From: Octopus bimaculoides
Taxonomy: Eukaryota
DNA length: 64,000 bases
Reading direction: 5' to 3'
Assembly (NCBI RefSeq): GCF_001194135.2
Contig: NC_068991.1
Span: 64,181,729 to 64,245,728 of the forward strand
This document shows positions 12,232-23,344 of this stretch, piece after piece (the first letter of the stretch is position 1; every line of letters begins with the position of its first letter). The position numbers and the translations under genes were made by a program. Under the pieces are notes generated by a model, which was given only the letters and a program-made list of their open reading frames with translations, did no database searches and was not told where the DNA came from.

Positions 12232-13442
12232 TAGGGTTGGAAACAATATAATGGAAACACCTAGCATCATAGCATCATAATTTTGTAATATCTATAAAAC
12301 CATCAAACGCTATTTATTTTTATGTTTCGTGATTTATTATTAATGTTGCTTAATACGTTTTGATAAATGGCTGTTTCTTTTCAGATATCAGAAAAAGGTA
12401 ATTAAAATTCATTAAAATGACAGATCTATCGGGCTTTCAAAGAGGTCAAATTGTTGGTGCTCGTAAGGCATGTGCTAGCGTAACGGAAGCTGCCGAACTA
12501 TTTGGTGTATCAAGAAGTACTGTCTCGAAAGTAATGACTGGCTTTGAGAAAAAGGCAAAACCTCTTCGTCGAAACAAAACTCCGGAAGAAAACCAAATCT
12601 TTCAGATAGGGACTGTTGGACTCTTACGCGAATTGTTAGAAAGTATCACAAATGTACAGCTCCCAAAATTACTGCAGAGCTTAATGACCACCTCTAGAAC
12701 CTTGTTTCGACAAAAGCTGTTCCTCGGGAGCTGCACAAAGCAGAATTTCATGGGCGGGCAGAAATCTGAAAACCACTACTTTCAAAAACAAATGTTGCAA
12801 AACTTTTAGAATGGAGTAAAAAACCTACAGAATTGATCCCTAGAGCAGTGGAAGAATGTAATTTTGTCGAGCGAGTCATCTTTTACCTTATTTCCGACCA
12901 CAGGACGCGTATACGTGTGGAGACAACCAAAAGAATCATTTCACCTTGACTACCGTCTTCCATCTATTAAACATGGAAGAGGATCTGTGATGATCTGGGG
13001 GAGGGCTATATCTTGGAAATCCGCCAGCCCAGTGATTTCCCTTCGTGGCAGAATTAATAGTCAAGACTTATCAAATTTATCTTATGGTTGCAGAGCTGTT
13101 TCCGGGGAGAAACGCAATATTTCAGGATTAAAGTTGTTCCTAGTGAAGTTGAATATCTTATCTGGCCACCACAGTCCCCAGATCTCAATATTATTGAACA
13201 TTTATGTTGCATTTTAGAAAAACAAATAACGAGTCAATAGCCTCCACTATTATCACTACAAGAACTAGGGACTATTTTAGCTAAAGAATGGACTAAAATT
13301 CCTTTGGAAATAATTGAAACTTTGTACGAGTCCATTCCTCGTAGAATTCAGGCTGTAATTACTGCCAAAGCCGGTCCTACCCCATATTAAAATAAATTTG
13401 CTTGAAATTTGAAGGTGTTTCCGTTATTTTGTCTAACTCCTG
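12232..13442 (+). mobile_element. Tc1-like DNA transposon, near full length, inactivated transposase (ATG 12417 to TAA 13390)
   Basis: Right TIR 13413-13442 (reverse complement caggagttagacaaaataacggaaacacct) and degenerate left TIR 12232-12262 (tagggttggaaacaatataatggaaacacct), in TA context. Translation shows HTH 'MTDLSGFQRGQIVGAR...AELFGVSRSTVSKV', 'ESSFTLFPTTGRVYVWRQPKE' and 'IWPPQSPDLNIIE'. Frameshifts and internal deletions present. Confidence 0.9.
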
Positions 13443-13505
13443 TATGTATGTATGTATACACATATATGCGTGTGTATGTGTGAGTGTGTGTGTGTGTGTG
13501 TGTGC

Positions 13506-13545
<40 letters not shown>

Positions 13546-13564
13546 CCGTGTGTCCAGTACCAAA

Positions 13565-13718
13565 ATGTATTATCGCCTAGACAGATTGAATGTCCAGTCA
13601 GCCGATCTAAATCACCAACAAACAAACAGCTGCGGTCAACCATCTCATTCCCATTTGAAAACTCTTCAATGTTCCACCGCCTACATTCAGATAAAAAGCA
13701 AGGGGAAACAACAGACCG
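13565..13718 (+). CDS. Candidate exon of unknown gene (hypothetical)
   Basis: 'caaaATG' start context, 51 open codons plus 1 nt, and a consensus donor 'ACCG|GTAAGT' at 13718/13719. Non-repetitive; a second frame is also open. No recognisable homology. Confidence 0.25.
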
Positions 13719-13935
13719 GTAAGTGAGATCTTCAAGTAGCTGCAACATAATTCGAAAAATTTCACTTTCCCATCATTTATTATCGACGACATATGACTGT
13801 AATGTGTACTTATAAAGGTACACTTGTATGGTGGATGGGGAAGATAATGCAAAAAAATTAGGAAGGGAGCGAGAGAGAGAAAGGGAGTACCATTAGTTTG
13901 CGTGTGCTGTTGAGTGTTGGTACATAATTTAATTG

Positions 13936-13978
<43 letters not shown>

Positions 13979-14212
13979 NNNNNNNNNNNNNNNNNNNNNN
14001 NNNNNNNNNNNNNNNNNNNNNNNNNNNNNNNNNNNNNNNNNNNNNNNNNNNNNNNNNNNNNNNNNNNNNNNNNNNNNNNNNNNNNNNNNNNNNNNNATGG
14101 TATTAAGTTATACATGGCCTGGACCAATACTGGCCGAAACCTATCAAAGTATATATGTATACACGCACACACACGCACGCACACACACACACATACACAC
14201 ACACACACACAC

Positions 14213-14250
<38 letters not shown>

Positions 14251-14258
14251 TATATATA

Positions 14259-15141
14259 CGTGGTTTGATCAGTATCCGTCCGGACTGTTGCCATAGTAAC
14301 GAAGCTAATGTACGCAAAGTAAAGCCGCTTTTCACAGACTGACCTTATACTCTGCTGTGCATGTGCACTAACTTTTAATGTTCTAGTTCACTTCTGTTGT
14401 TTAAACCAGTGCTTGGAAGGAACGTGTGTAGCGTGTGATCGTCATATTAACCATTACAGGGAATGTTGAGCTGAGAATCTGCATCATATTTTGCCTAAAG
14501 TTTGGCGATACATGCTCAGACGCTTATGCAAAGTTTTCAAAAATTTTTCATCGTTCTCGACACAATCAAGGAGAACTTGTGCAATTGAATCCCAAATGTC
14601 TTTTTGGTCAGCTGAAAGCAGCTTTGAGATAAATTTCTTTCATACCCGTCTCATACCCAAATCTTCAGTGATACTGCACTGAACTGAACGGTAACTAATC
14701 TGCATATCCTTTGATAACACACGGATAGTGATTCGACGGTTTCCTCTCACAACTGCACGCACATCTGCAATGTTTTCCTTAGTTCTGCTGGTTGCAAGTC
14801 TCCCGGAATGTTCGTCAATATCGACATTTTTCGGCCAACTTGGAAACGTCTGAACCACTCAAACACTTGTTTGCGGTTCATACACTCTCCTCCATACACC
14901 TTCTGCAACCTTGCGTAGGCCTCTGAGCAGGTGTCACCATGAAAACTTTCTCTGTCATTGTCAATGCGACGATTACACGCTACATACCTTCCTTCCCAGC
15001 ACTGCTGTAAACAGCAGAAATGAGCTAGTGTTCAATGTCAATGAGCAGAGTTCAATGTCAATCTGAGCCAAGCAGTTTTAGTCTGTGTGCTTTAGCTTCG
15101 TTGTTATGGTAACAGCCCGGATACTTATTGATCTGACCTCG
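14259..15141. mobile_element. Mariner-like element made of two convergent 5' halves
   Basis: TA-flanked ends 'cgtggtttgatcagtatccgtccggactgttgccatagtaacgaagctaa' and reverse complement 'cgaggtcagatcaataagtatccgggctgttaccataacaacgaagctaa'. The plus strand encodes 'NVELRICIIFCLKFGDTCSDAYAKF'; the minus strand encodes 'KNVDIDEHSGRLATSRTKENIADVRAVVRGNRRITIR...EDLGMRRV'. Both are mariner N-terminal HTH regions. Confidence 0.8.
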
Positions 15142-15166
15142 TACATACCTAATACACACACGTATA

Positions 15167-15308
15167 GGCGCAGGCCTGGCTGTGTGGTAAGGAGCTTGCT
15201 TCCCAACCACGCCACATGGTTGCGGGTTCAGTCCCACTGCGTGGCAGCTTGGGCCCGACCAAAACTTACCGAGTGGATTTGGTAGGTGGAAACTGAAAGA
15301 AGACCGTC

Positions 15309-15310
<2 letters not shown>
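15167..15310 (+). mobile_element. SINE family A, 5' portion
   Basis: Head 'ggcgcaggcctggctgtgtggtaag...gggttcagtcccactgcgtggca' running to 'gaaactgaaagaagaccgtcgtata', then (TA)n. Confidence 0.85.
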
Positions 15311-15342
<32 letters not shown>

Positions 15343-16004
15343 TTGTATTTTTTTCTGATAAATTTTATTCTGAATTCAACCCCCACCGAAGGTAAGTTTA
15401 TTTTAACACTTTCCGGTGTCGATCAAATACAGCATGAAACAAGTGTTGGAATAGGTGGTAATCAATCCTCCACTGCAATCAAACGTGGAAAATGTCCGTT
15501 GCGGTCCTTGTTTCGTTATATTCACAGTTACATTTATCTTTCATACATTCGGAGACGATAAAATATATCAGTAGATTACTTGCGTCACTTTCATCACTCT
15601 CTCTTCAAAATTGCTGGCGTTGTGCTAAGAATATGGAGATTTTTGAAAGACAATTGAACTGGGACGCCACCAACATTGATGCACACAAACGCACACACAC
15701 ACATACACACACGTGTATATATGTGCATGTATGTCTGTATTTATAACATGTGTGTAAATTTGTTATTCTGTGCGGATGTATTATTCATTCGCTATAGAGA
15801 ATCATGTCACAAGGCAGAACACTTTGAGCTAAGAATAAATAAATGCATGATTCCGTTTACGCTTAAAATATTTATGTTTGAAATATGTTGTTTTCAGAAA
15901 ACGGAGTGACTTTATTATGGTATAACACACACACACACACACACACACACATTACATTGTGTGCATATATATGCGAATATGATAAAATATCTCTCTATCT
16001 ATCC

Positions 16005-16047
<43 letters not shown>

Positions 16048-16048
16048 C

Positions 16049-16093
<45 letters not shown>

Positions 16094-17934
16094 GGTAGCT
16101 AGCTAGCTATCTATATGGACAGGGAGTTGATAATTTTATCAAATCGTTTATAAATGATTCTATAAATGATTTGTCACAAATATATTACGATTTCATTATA
16201 TTTTCATTAGCTCTACTGGTGCTGTATATCTATATGTGTGTGTGTGGGTGTATGTGTCTTTGTGTGTGCGTGTGTGTGTGTGCGTGTGTGTGTGTGCTGT
16301 ATGCGCATTGTGTCATATTATCGTCATTGCTCTTCTGAAAAACCCACATTTCTAGCAGCTGTTTTTTTTGTTGTTTTTTTTTTAGCCCAACCAGAATCAT
16401 GCATTTATTTGTTCTCAGCTCTACGTGTTTTGCCTTTCGACATGCTGCTCAGTAATGAATGAATAATACATCCGCATGAAACACACAGCTATACACATGT
16501 ATACATACATACATACATACATACACATGTATACATACATTTATATATATATATATATAAATACACACACACACACACATATATGCATACATGCATACAA
16601 ACATATATACATACATAGATTCAAACACAAGTACGTACATACACACATACACACATACATGCATAGATACATATGATAGACAATGAGTAAGAGAACTATA
16701 GTTAGAGAGAAAAATGCGTATGTATATTTGACGCTCATTTTTGCATATGTGAATATAAGTGTATTCCTTGATTGCATTTATGTAATTAGAGAAACTGATG
16801 ATAAAGATTTATGGAAGATTTATACACATTCTTAATTAAATTTCCCTGTGCAGAAACAAATCTAATTTGATTCATAGCTTTGCATATATTAATACTAATT
16901 TGGCTAAATATAATTTATTGCATCGAAAATTTATACGCATCTCCATCATCTTCTACGTACAAATACGTGCGCACGCCTCTGCATTTGTTTACATTTTATG
17001 AGTCTATTTATTTACGTGCGGCCAGATAATATGCATGCAGCGTTACGAGGTGGAAGTTTTATGCATAGATATGTATCTATTAATAGTTAAAATGTATATA
17101 AATACTATAGATGCGTTTATTTTTCATTCCTCTTATTATTGTCATTAACAGAAATCCTCATTAAAAGTTCGCAGATAAAAATAAATTACAGTGATTTGAT
17201 TTTCCATAAGGTGTGAATAACCAACGATTCGATCATTTTGTCAATCTTAGACGAAAACAAAAATAAACATAAATAAATGCCAAATATCAAACAAGCGAAT
17301 GATAAACTCGAGGTCAATGTTGATGGAGAAGTGAGAGGTAAAGGACAAGGTAACTCGCGCTTTACCTTTCGCTCTGCCCTTCTGTCCCAACGCTGATCTC
17401 TCGTCCCTCTTTCGGTTCTTAGCATCCGATCTATAAGCCTCTATCTTTGAAAAGTGTTATTGTGTTATGTTTCGTAAGAGTAGGATAAATGGGACAATTT
17501 GCTGAACTTTGATAAACAGCTCACTTCTCTTATAAAGAAAAAAATATATCTCAGAATTTCATACAAATTGGATTAGGGCCATCTAATTATTGAACAATTA
17601 ATGAAAAAGCATGTGAAATAATAAGAAAGCCAACTATGACAGCCATCTGATTAAATAAAGTAGAAAATTGTGATTTATTGAATGGTGAAATGAATCAGGT
17701 CCCAGCGGAATTTGAATGCAGAGTGCAAAGTGTCGGAACAAGTACGACATGGAGGCCTGTTCAACACTATTAGTTCAGCCAGTCCATTGACGTTGATTGA
17801 TACTTTATCGATTTCAGAAATATGATAGCAAAACTTGACTTCGAGAATATTTCAATTAGTTCAGATCACAAACCCTTGATTGCTCACTTCTCACGACAAA
17901 ACATTTTATCAAAAATCTTTTATTTATATGTGTA

Positions 17935-17946
17935 TTATTATTATTA

Positions 17947-17996
<50 letters not shown>

Positions 17997-18027
17997 GCTG
18001 TTGTTGTTGTTGTTGTTGTTGTTGTTT
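17935..18027. repeat. (TTA)n/(TTG)n trinucleotide array
   Basis: Read directly; abuts the 3' end of the minus-strand RLE LINE fragment. Confidence 0.95.
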
Positions 18028-18029
18028 CA

Positions 18030-18586
18030 TTTCAGTGTAACTTTATTTCAGCTACCTTAGTACCGAGCATCTTCCGGAGGCCAAGAGTCGCAAAGGTATT
18101 TTTGTTTTGCAACGCATCCTAAAATTATTACTACCTTTATTCCATTTTAGATAGCGAGTGCTTTCCGTAGTTTATGGGTTGTATCCATCAAGGTTATCTT
18201 TTGTAGTTCACCGAGATTGGAGTCAGATCCCTATTTTATCATTCCCAGCGCACCATTTATTACTGGTATTATCGTAGTACTAAGTTTCTACATTTTTATG
18301 ATTTCAATTTGCAGATCTTTATCGTGGGAAAGCTTTTCGTATTCTTGTCTTGAGACATTTTGAAATTGTGGGACAGACATATCTATTAGGAGACAAGGCC
18401 CTCTGTTGTAATCCTTGATTACAACGTCCGGTCGATTACAGTCAGCTTTACTGTCTGTTCGTATTGGGAAGTTCTATTAAGAGACGAGGCCTTCTGTTGT
18501 TATCCTTGATCACAACGTCCGGTCGATTACAGTCAGCTTTACTGTCTGTTCGTATTGGGAAGTTCTATTGAGAGACAAGGCCCTAT

Positions 18587-18592
<6 letters not shown>
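18030..18592 (-). mobile_element. 5'-truncated R4/Dong-like LINE (RLE endonuclease C-terminus plus 3' UTR)
   Basis: Minus-strand translation 'NFPIRTDSKADCNRPDVVIKDYNRGPCLLIDMSVPQFQNVSRQEYEKLSHDKDLQIEIIKM*KLSTTIIPVINGALGMIK...LQKITLMDTTHKLRKALAI*' contains the RPD...D...EK PD-(D/E)xK signature. A 91-bp tandem duplication lies at its 5' end. Confidence 0.85.
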
Positions 18593-18631
<39 letters not shown>

Positions 18632-18632
<1 letters not shown>

Positions 18633-19197
18633 GAGGGTGAGTCAAAAAAGTAATGCCATTTTGTTTAGGACAGGTATAATTACCAACACAGTAATATGTA
18701 TCATACATCAAAGTGAAGCTGGTCTTCTATGGAGCACATCCCTACTTCTCAGCATAGTCACCGTTTCTCTCAATAGCAGTCTTCCACCTTCGAATGAGGG
18801 CATGTATCCCTACCCCGTAAAAATTCTGTTGACTGTTCTTTGAACCACTTCTTCACTACAGTTTTCACTTCCTCGTCACTGGAATAATTTAGCACCTTCA
18901 GACTCACCATATTTAGCGCCTTCAGACTATCATCTCTTCAGCCCCATGATAGAGGGTTTCAGAGGCAAACATTATTCTATCAGTGACGAGGAAGTGAAAA
19001 CTGTAGTGAAGAAGTGGCTCAAAGAACAGTCAACAGAATTTTACGGGGCAAGGATGCATGCTCTCATTTGAAGGTAGAACATTACTATTGAGAGAAACGG
19101 TGACTATGTTGAAAAGTAGGGATGTGATCCACAGAGGACCAGCTTCATTTTGATGTATGATACATGTTTCGATCTTGGTGATTACCTGTCCTAAACA
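18632..19197. mobile_element. Mariner-derived fold-back MITE (long inverted repeats of the transposase 3' end)
   Basis: About 18660-18890 is the reverse complement of about 18970-19197. The plus strand of the centre and right arm reads 'LAPSDYHLFSPMIEGFRGKHY..SDEEVKTVVKKWLKEQSTEFY...IERNGDYVEK*'. Left terminus is 'TA-cgagggtgagtcaaaaaagtaatgcc'; the right terminus is lost in an N-gap. Confidence 0.85.
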
Positions 19198-19224
19198 NNN
19201 NNNNNNNATATATATATATATATA

Positions 19225-19390
19225 TACAACGAGCTTCGATACTATATCTGTCCACTAAATTCACTGACATGATATTTGTCGACGCGGTGTCACAGTGGAA
19301 GACTGTGGCACCGCGGTGACGCGCAATGGGATTGAACCCAAATTCCAAAATCTAATGGTTGCACAATAAACTTCTTAAGCTCACACTGAT
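19225..19390 (-). mobile_element. SINE family A, degenerate 5' part
   Basis: Reverse complement of head-region motifs 'gcgcaatgggattgaaccc', 'ccactaaattcact' and 'cttcttaagctcacac'. Confidence 0.55.
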
Positions 19391-19753
19391 ATCATCGTCA
19401 GTTTCGAAAATATTGTGTCGACAACAACAACATCAACAACAAAAGATGCCCTTGATTGTACTTAATGGAAACATGTGAGACGATGTGTCTAATCTTAATA
19501 TTAATTTTTTAAATGTTTATGATAACATCATTAAAGATTATTAACTATTACTATAGTTACTTAAATTCTTCTAGAGTAAAACGTTAGGCAAGCGCATTAA
19601 TTGAATATCAAGATAGTAAAACGTCATATGAAAGAGAGTCTTAATTATTAATAGGTCATAGTAATTAGCAATTTAGTGTTCATGCTTTAGTAGAAAATCT
19701 AGGGTATTTTAGAAGCAATATTTTATGTCGTTGTTATTGGGATCCTATCCTCC

Positions 19754-19841
19754 TCATCATCATCATATCATCATCATCATCATCATCATCATCGTCGTCG
19801 TCATCATCATCATCATTATTATCATCATCATCATCATCATT

Positions 19842-19883
<42 letters not shown>

Positions 19884-19893
19884 GTCGTCGTCG

Positions 19894-19940
<47 letters not shown>

Positions 19941-19965
19941 GTCGTCGTCGTCGTCATCATCATCA
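19754..19965. repeat. (ATC)n/(GTC)n trinucleotide array
   Basis: Read directly from the sequence. Confidence 0.95.
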
Positions 19966-20054
19966 AAAACAGTGCGACTACCGTTGCTATCACCAATTTT
20001 AACACCAACACTACACTTGCAGTGATTACATCAGGATTATTGTCATCTAAATAT

Positions 20055-21075
20055 CCCTCCTCCTCCTCCTGTGCTTTCCTCCTCCCCTTTCCCTCCCCTT
20101 CCTCTTCCACTTCCTCTTCCTCCCTCTCTCCACCTCTTGCTCCTTTTCTCCCTCTTCCCCTTCACTTCCGCCTCCACTTCCCCTTTCCTCTTCCTCCTCC
20201 CCTTCCTCTTTCTCTTCCTTCTCCTCCTCCTCCGCTCCCTCCACCTCTTGCTCCTTTTCTTCCTTTTCTCTTCCGCCTCCACTTCCTCTCCCTCTTCCTC
20301 TTTCTCTTCCTTCTCTTCCTCCTCCTCTCCCTCCACCTCTTGCCCCTTTTCTTCTCCTTCTCTTCCTCCTCCTCTCCCTCTACCTCTTGCTCCTTTTCTT
20401 CCCCTTCTCTCCCCCCTCCCTTTCCTCTTTCCCTCTTCCTCCTCCCCTCTCCTCTTTCTCTTTCTTCTCTTCCCTTCCTCTTCCTTTTTCTCCCTTTTCC
20501 TCTCCCAGCTCTTGCTCATTTTTCTCCTCTTCCTCTCTTTCCCTGGCCTTCTCTTCCCCTTCTTTTTATTCTTCCTCCTCTCCCTCCACCTCTTGCTCCT
20601 TTTCTTCCCCTTCTCTCCCTCCTCCCTTTCCTCTCTCCCTCTTCCTCCTCCCCTTTCCTCTTTCTCTTTCTTCTGTTCCCTCCCTCTTCCTTTTCCTCCC
20701 TCTTCCTCTCCCACCTCTTGCTCATTTTTCTCCCCTTCCTCTCTTTTCCTGGCCTTCTCTTCCCCTTCTTTTTATTCTTCCTCCTCTCCCTCCACTGCTT
20801 GCTCCTTTTCTTTCTCCTCTCCCACTACTCTCTGCTTCTTCCTCCCCTCATTCCCCTCTTCGTTTCTTCCTACCCTCTTCCCCTCCTCTTTTCTTCTCCC
20901 CTTCCACCCCTCCTCTTTTCTTCTCCCCTTCCGCCCCTCCTCTCTTCTCCCTCTACTTCTTCCCCTCTTCCTCCCTCTTCCCCTCCTCTTCCCCTCCTCT
21001 TCCCCTCATACTCCCCTCCACTTCCCCTCCCACTCCCCTCTTCTTCTGCTCTCCCACCCTTCTTTCCCTCCTCCT
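20055..21075. repeat. About 1-kb polypyrimidine/polypurine tract with internal higher-order repeats
   Basis: Plus strand almost entirely C/T. The motif 'ccacctcttgctc' recurs, and a roughly 206-bp period is visible ('tggccttctcttccccttctttttattcttcctcctctccctccac' at 20544 and 20750). Confidence 0.9.
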
Positions 21076-21709
21076 CATCCACAAAAACACTACCGCCAAC
21101 ATCGCCATCACCGACCTTACATAGTACAGGGCAATTTAGAGACGAGAAATGTTGTCATCGTCAACGTCATCATCATCTTCATAATCATGATCATGATCCT
21201 CATTAACATCATCAAAAACGTTATTGCCATCATTTTAATCATTGCTAACTCTAACACTAACATTATCATTAGCACGCCCTAACTCTGTAATTACGTAACA
21301 ACATTCGCAATGCGAAGAAATAAAACCTACTGTGAAGGTGAAGGCATTTCAGGTATTTAAATTTAAATTGAATTCGATTCTTCTCATATATTTCCCTCAC
21401 AGTGTATGTATCGGTTTTCCTAATTAATCATAATTTTTAGCACAAAATCAACCCTGGTCAAACCGACCTAGGTCCAAAGATTTCTCTGACAAGACTATTT
21501 CGACTCTCTCTCAAACGTAGTTTAATTAGAATTAGATTAAATAATGTTCATCGTTCCTTAAACTGATAGAACGTACTTATGAGGAGATTTTGTTACTGCT
21601 ATTTCTAGCATGTCGAACCTGTGGATCATTGGTGTCCTGGTTGTTGTTCTTTTTCCTAACTACCGAGGACAATGTAGTTCTAGACTATTAAAACTATGTT
21701 GTTCTAGAC

Positions 21710-22048
21710 CAGTGGTTCCCAAACTATGAATCTCGACCTACTGATGGGTCGCGAACGGAATCCTAGTGGGTCGCAAAAAGTTATAAAATTACGCATTAGC
21801 TTTGATTAATTGCTGTCTATCGAAATAGTTCAAGACTCATGTTTTCAATACCAGACTGGTTGTTTTATCAAGCAGTAGGCTTTTTTCACGAACTTAACAA
21901 ATCAGAGGTGGTCATTTTCTCAAGTTATTTAATTCGTACGTAATCGTAAAAAGGAAAAGTCTGTTTTTGCCCAGTAGAGTTAAGTGGGTCGCCATAAACT
22001 GGTGTCATAAATAGAGGGTCGTGTCTCTAAAAAGTTTGGGAACCACTG
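21710..22048. mobile_element. hAT (Charlie-type) MITE, 339 bp
   Basis: Perfect 16-bp TIRs CAGTGGTTCCCAAACT / AGTTTGGGAACCACTG; 8-bp TSD ttctagac (21702-21709) / ttctagaa (22049-22056); subterminal 'gggtcgc' repeats. Confidence 0.92.
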
Positions 22049-23344
22049 TTCTAGAATCTACCATCTTGTAAAAGTCTAAATACTAGACATGTAACAATAT
22101 GTAGGAAAATAATGTTTTCAAGATGACAAGATGCGCTTTAAGGGAGTTTGACTTTTGTCTATATGGGAAGTCGCATGTCATGTAACAGAGTAGATATTAC
22201 GCCATTGGCTCTATGTTTTACCTGATTAGATTCTTATTGAGATATCAGAGATCAAAGCTTGCAAGATCTTCCATTTTACACTGTCAGTCACTCGAATTCA
22301 CTGATGTAGAAGCATGAAAGTTGCATAATTTCACACCATCACCCATACATAAATTGTAGCACATATCTTAAAACTTTTTGCACTAACAGTGAGTCGTTGG
22401 AGGATTAATGGAATCATTTTAAATATTTATATTCTTGTCAACTGACATGTGTCACATTTTTACTGCTTTAATGCCTGAGCAAAAAGAAAGTAAAATAACT
22501 AAAGAAATAGACTTTTGTGAAACTGATGCCTTTAAATGTATTTATTTAATATTTATGATGTGACTGAACATAAACATGTTTTTTAAATTGCCAGCTAGTT
22601 TCAACAGTCAATAAGATCCATCTGTAATTTCTTTCATAAACAGAACTACCAGCACTCTAATACAATCAGTATGTTTGTGGTCCTGACAGACGTGTGGACA
22701 TTGATCTATGATATTAACATATGAAGCTGAACAGAATCAATTAGTGAGAAAAATAAAATGTAAATGTATGCGGGTGATAATGTGTTGAATTTAGTTTAGT
22801 AGGTTGCTTGGTACTTCCAGTTAGTCGAGTTTGTCAAGTAAACGTGCAGTCTATGCAGAAATACTGACCAAATATATGCTAAATAATAATGACATTCCAT
22901 TGGTAAAAAATGTAGGAATTTGTTGAGGAAACTAGGCTGAAGCAAGAAAGGAAGAATGATGTAAATAAGTGCAAGAATGTTATACAAATGAAAACAAAAA
23001 TCAAGTGTATATCGTATATGCATATGCATTTATTTGTTTATTTACGTGTTACTTCTATAGGTAGGTTAGCTCGGCATTGTGGATTACTTCACTGGAGGAA
23101 TGAATTTACGTAAAAAGTTTAGAATGCAAGAGAGATTATGGATTATGTGATGTCGTTACATAGATAGGTAAATTATAAAACAAATAACAAAAACTTTGAT
23201 GCTCCGGTTTTATTTCTATTTTACGCAGCTTCAATCTCATCAAAATCATTTTAGAAATAATGTCTTTTCTTCATATTCCGTGGGTACAGAGAGAGTTACT
23301 TTGAAAGATTCTTGAAGGATTCGGTCGAACAAATCACCCCAAAG

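Noticed and set aside
15371-15430. Perfect donor GAAG|GTAAGT at 15392
   Set aside because: Lies within a degenerate SINE-B core; no acceptor or open exon upstream.
18382-18592. Regularly spaced repeats (91-bp units; also the CGATC dyads at 62.2 kb) as a possible CRISPR-like array
   Set aside because: No unique spacers of uniform length, no cas genes, eukaryotic context; the 91-bp unit is LINE coding sequence.
19725-21282. 493-aa, 403-aa and 245-aa ORFs
   Set aside because: Products of (ATC)n and a C/T-only tract that cannot contain stop codons; poly-I and L/P/S/F low complexity with no splice or domain evidence.
22222-22300. Minus-strand segment with a strong CAG|GTAAAA donor and upstream acceptors
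   Set aside because: Stop codons in all three frames.
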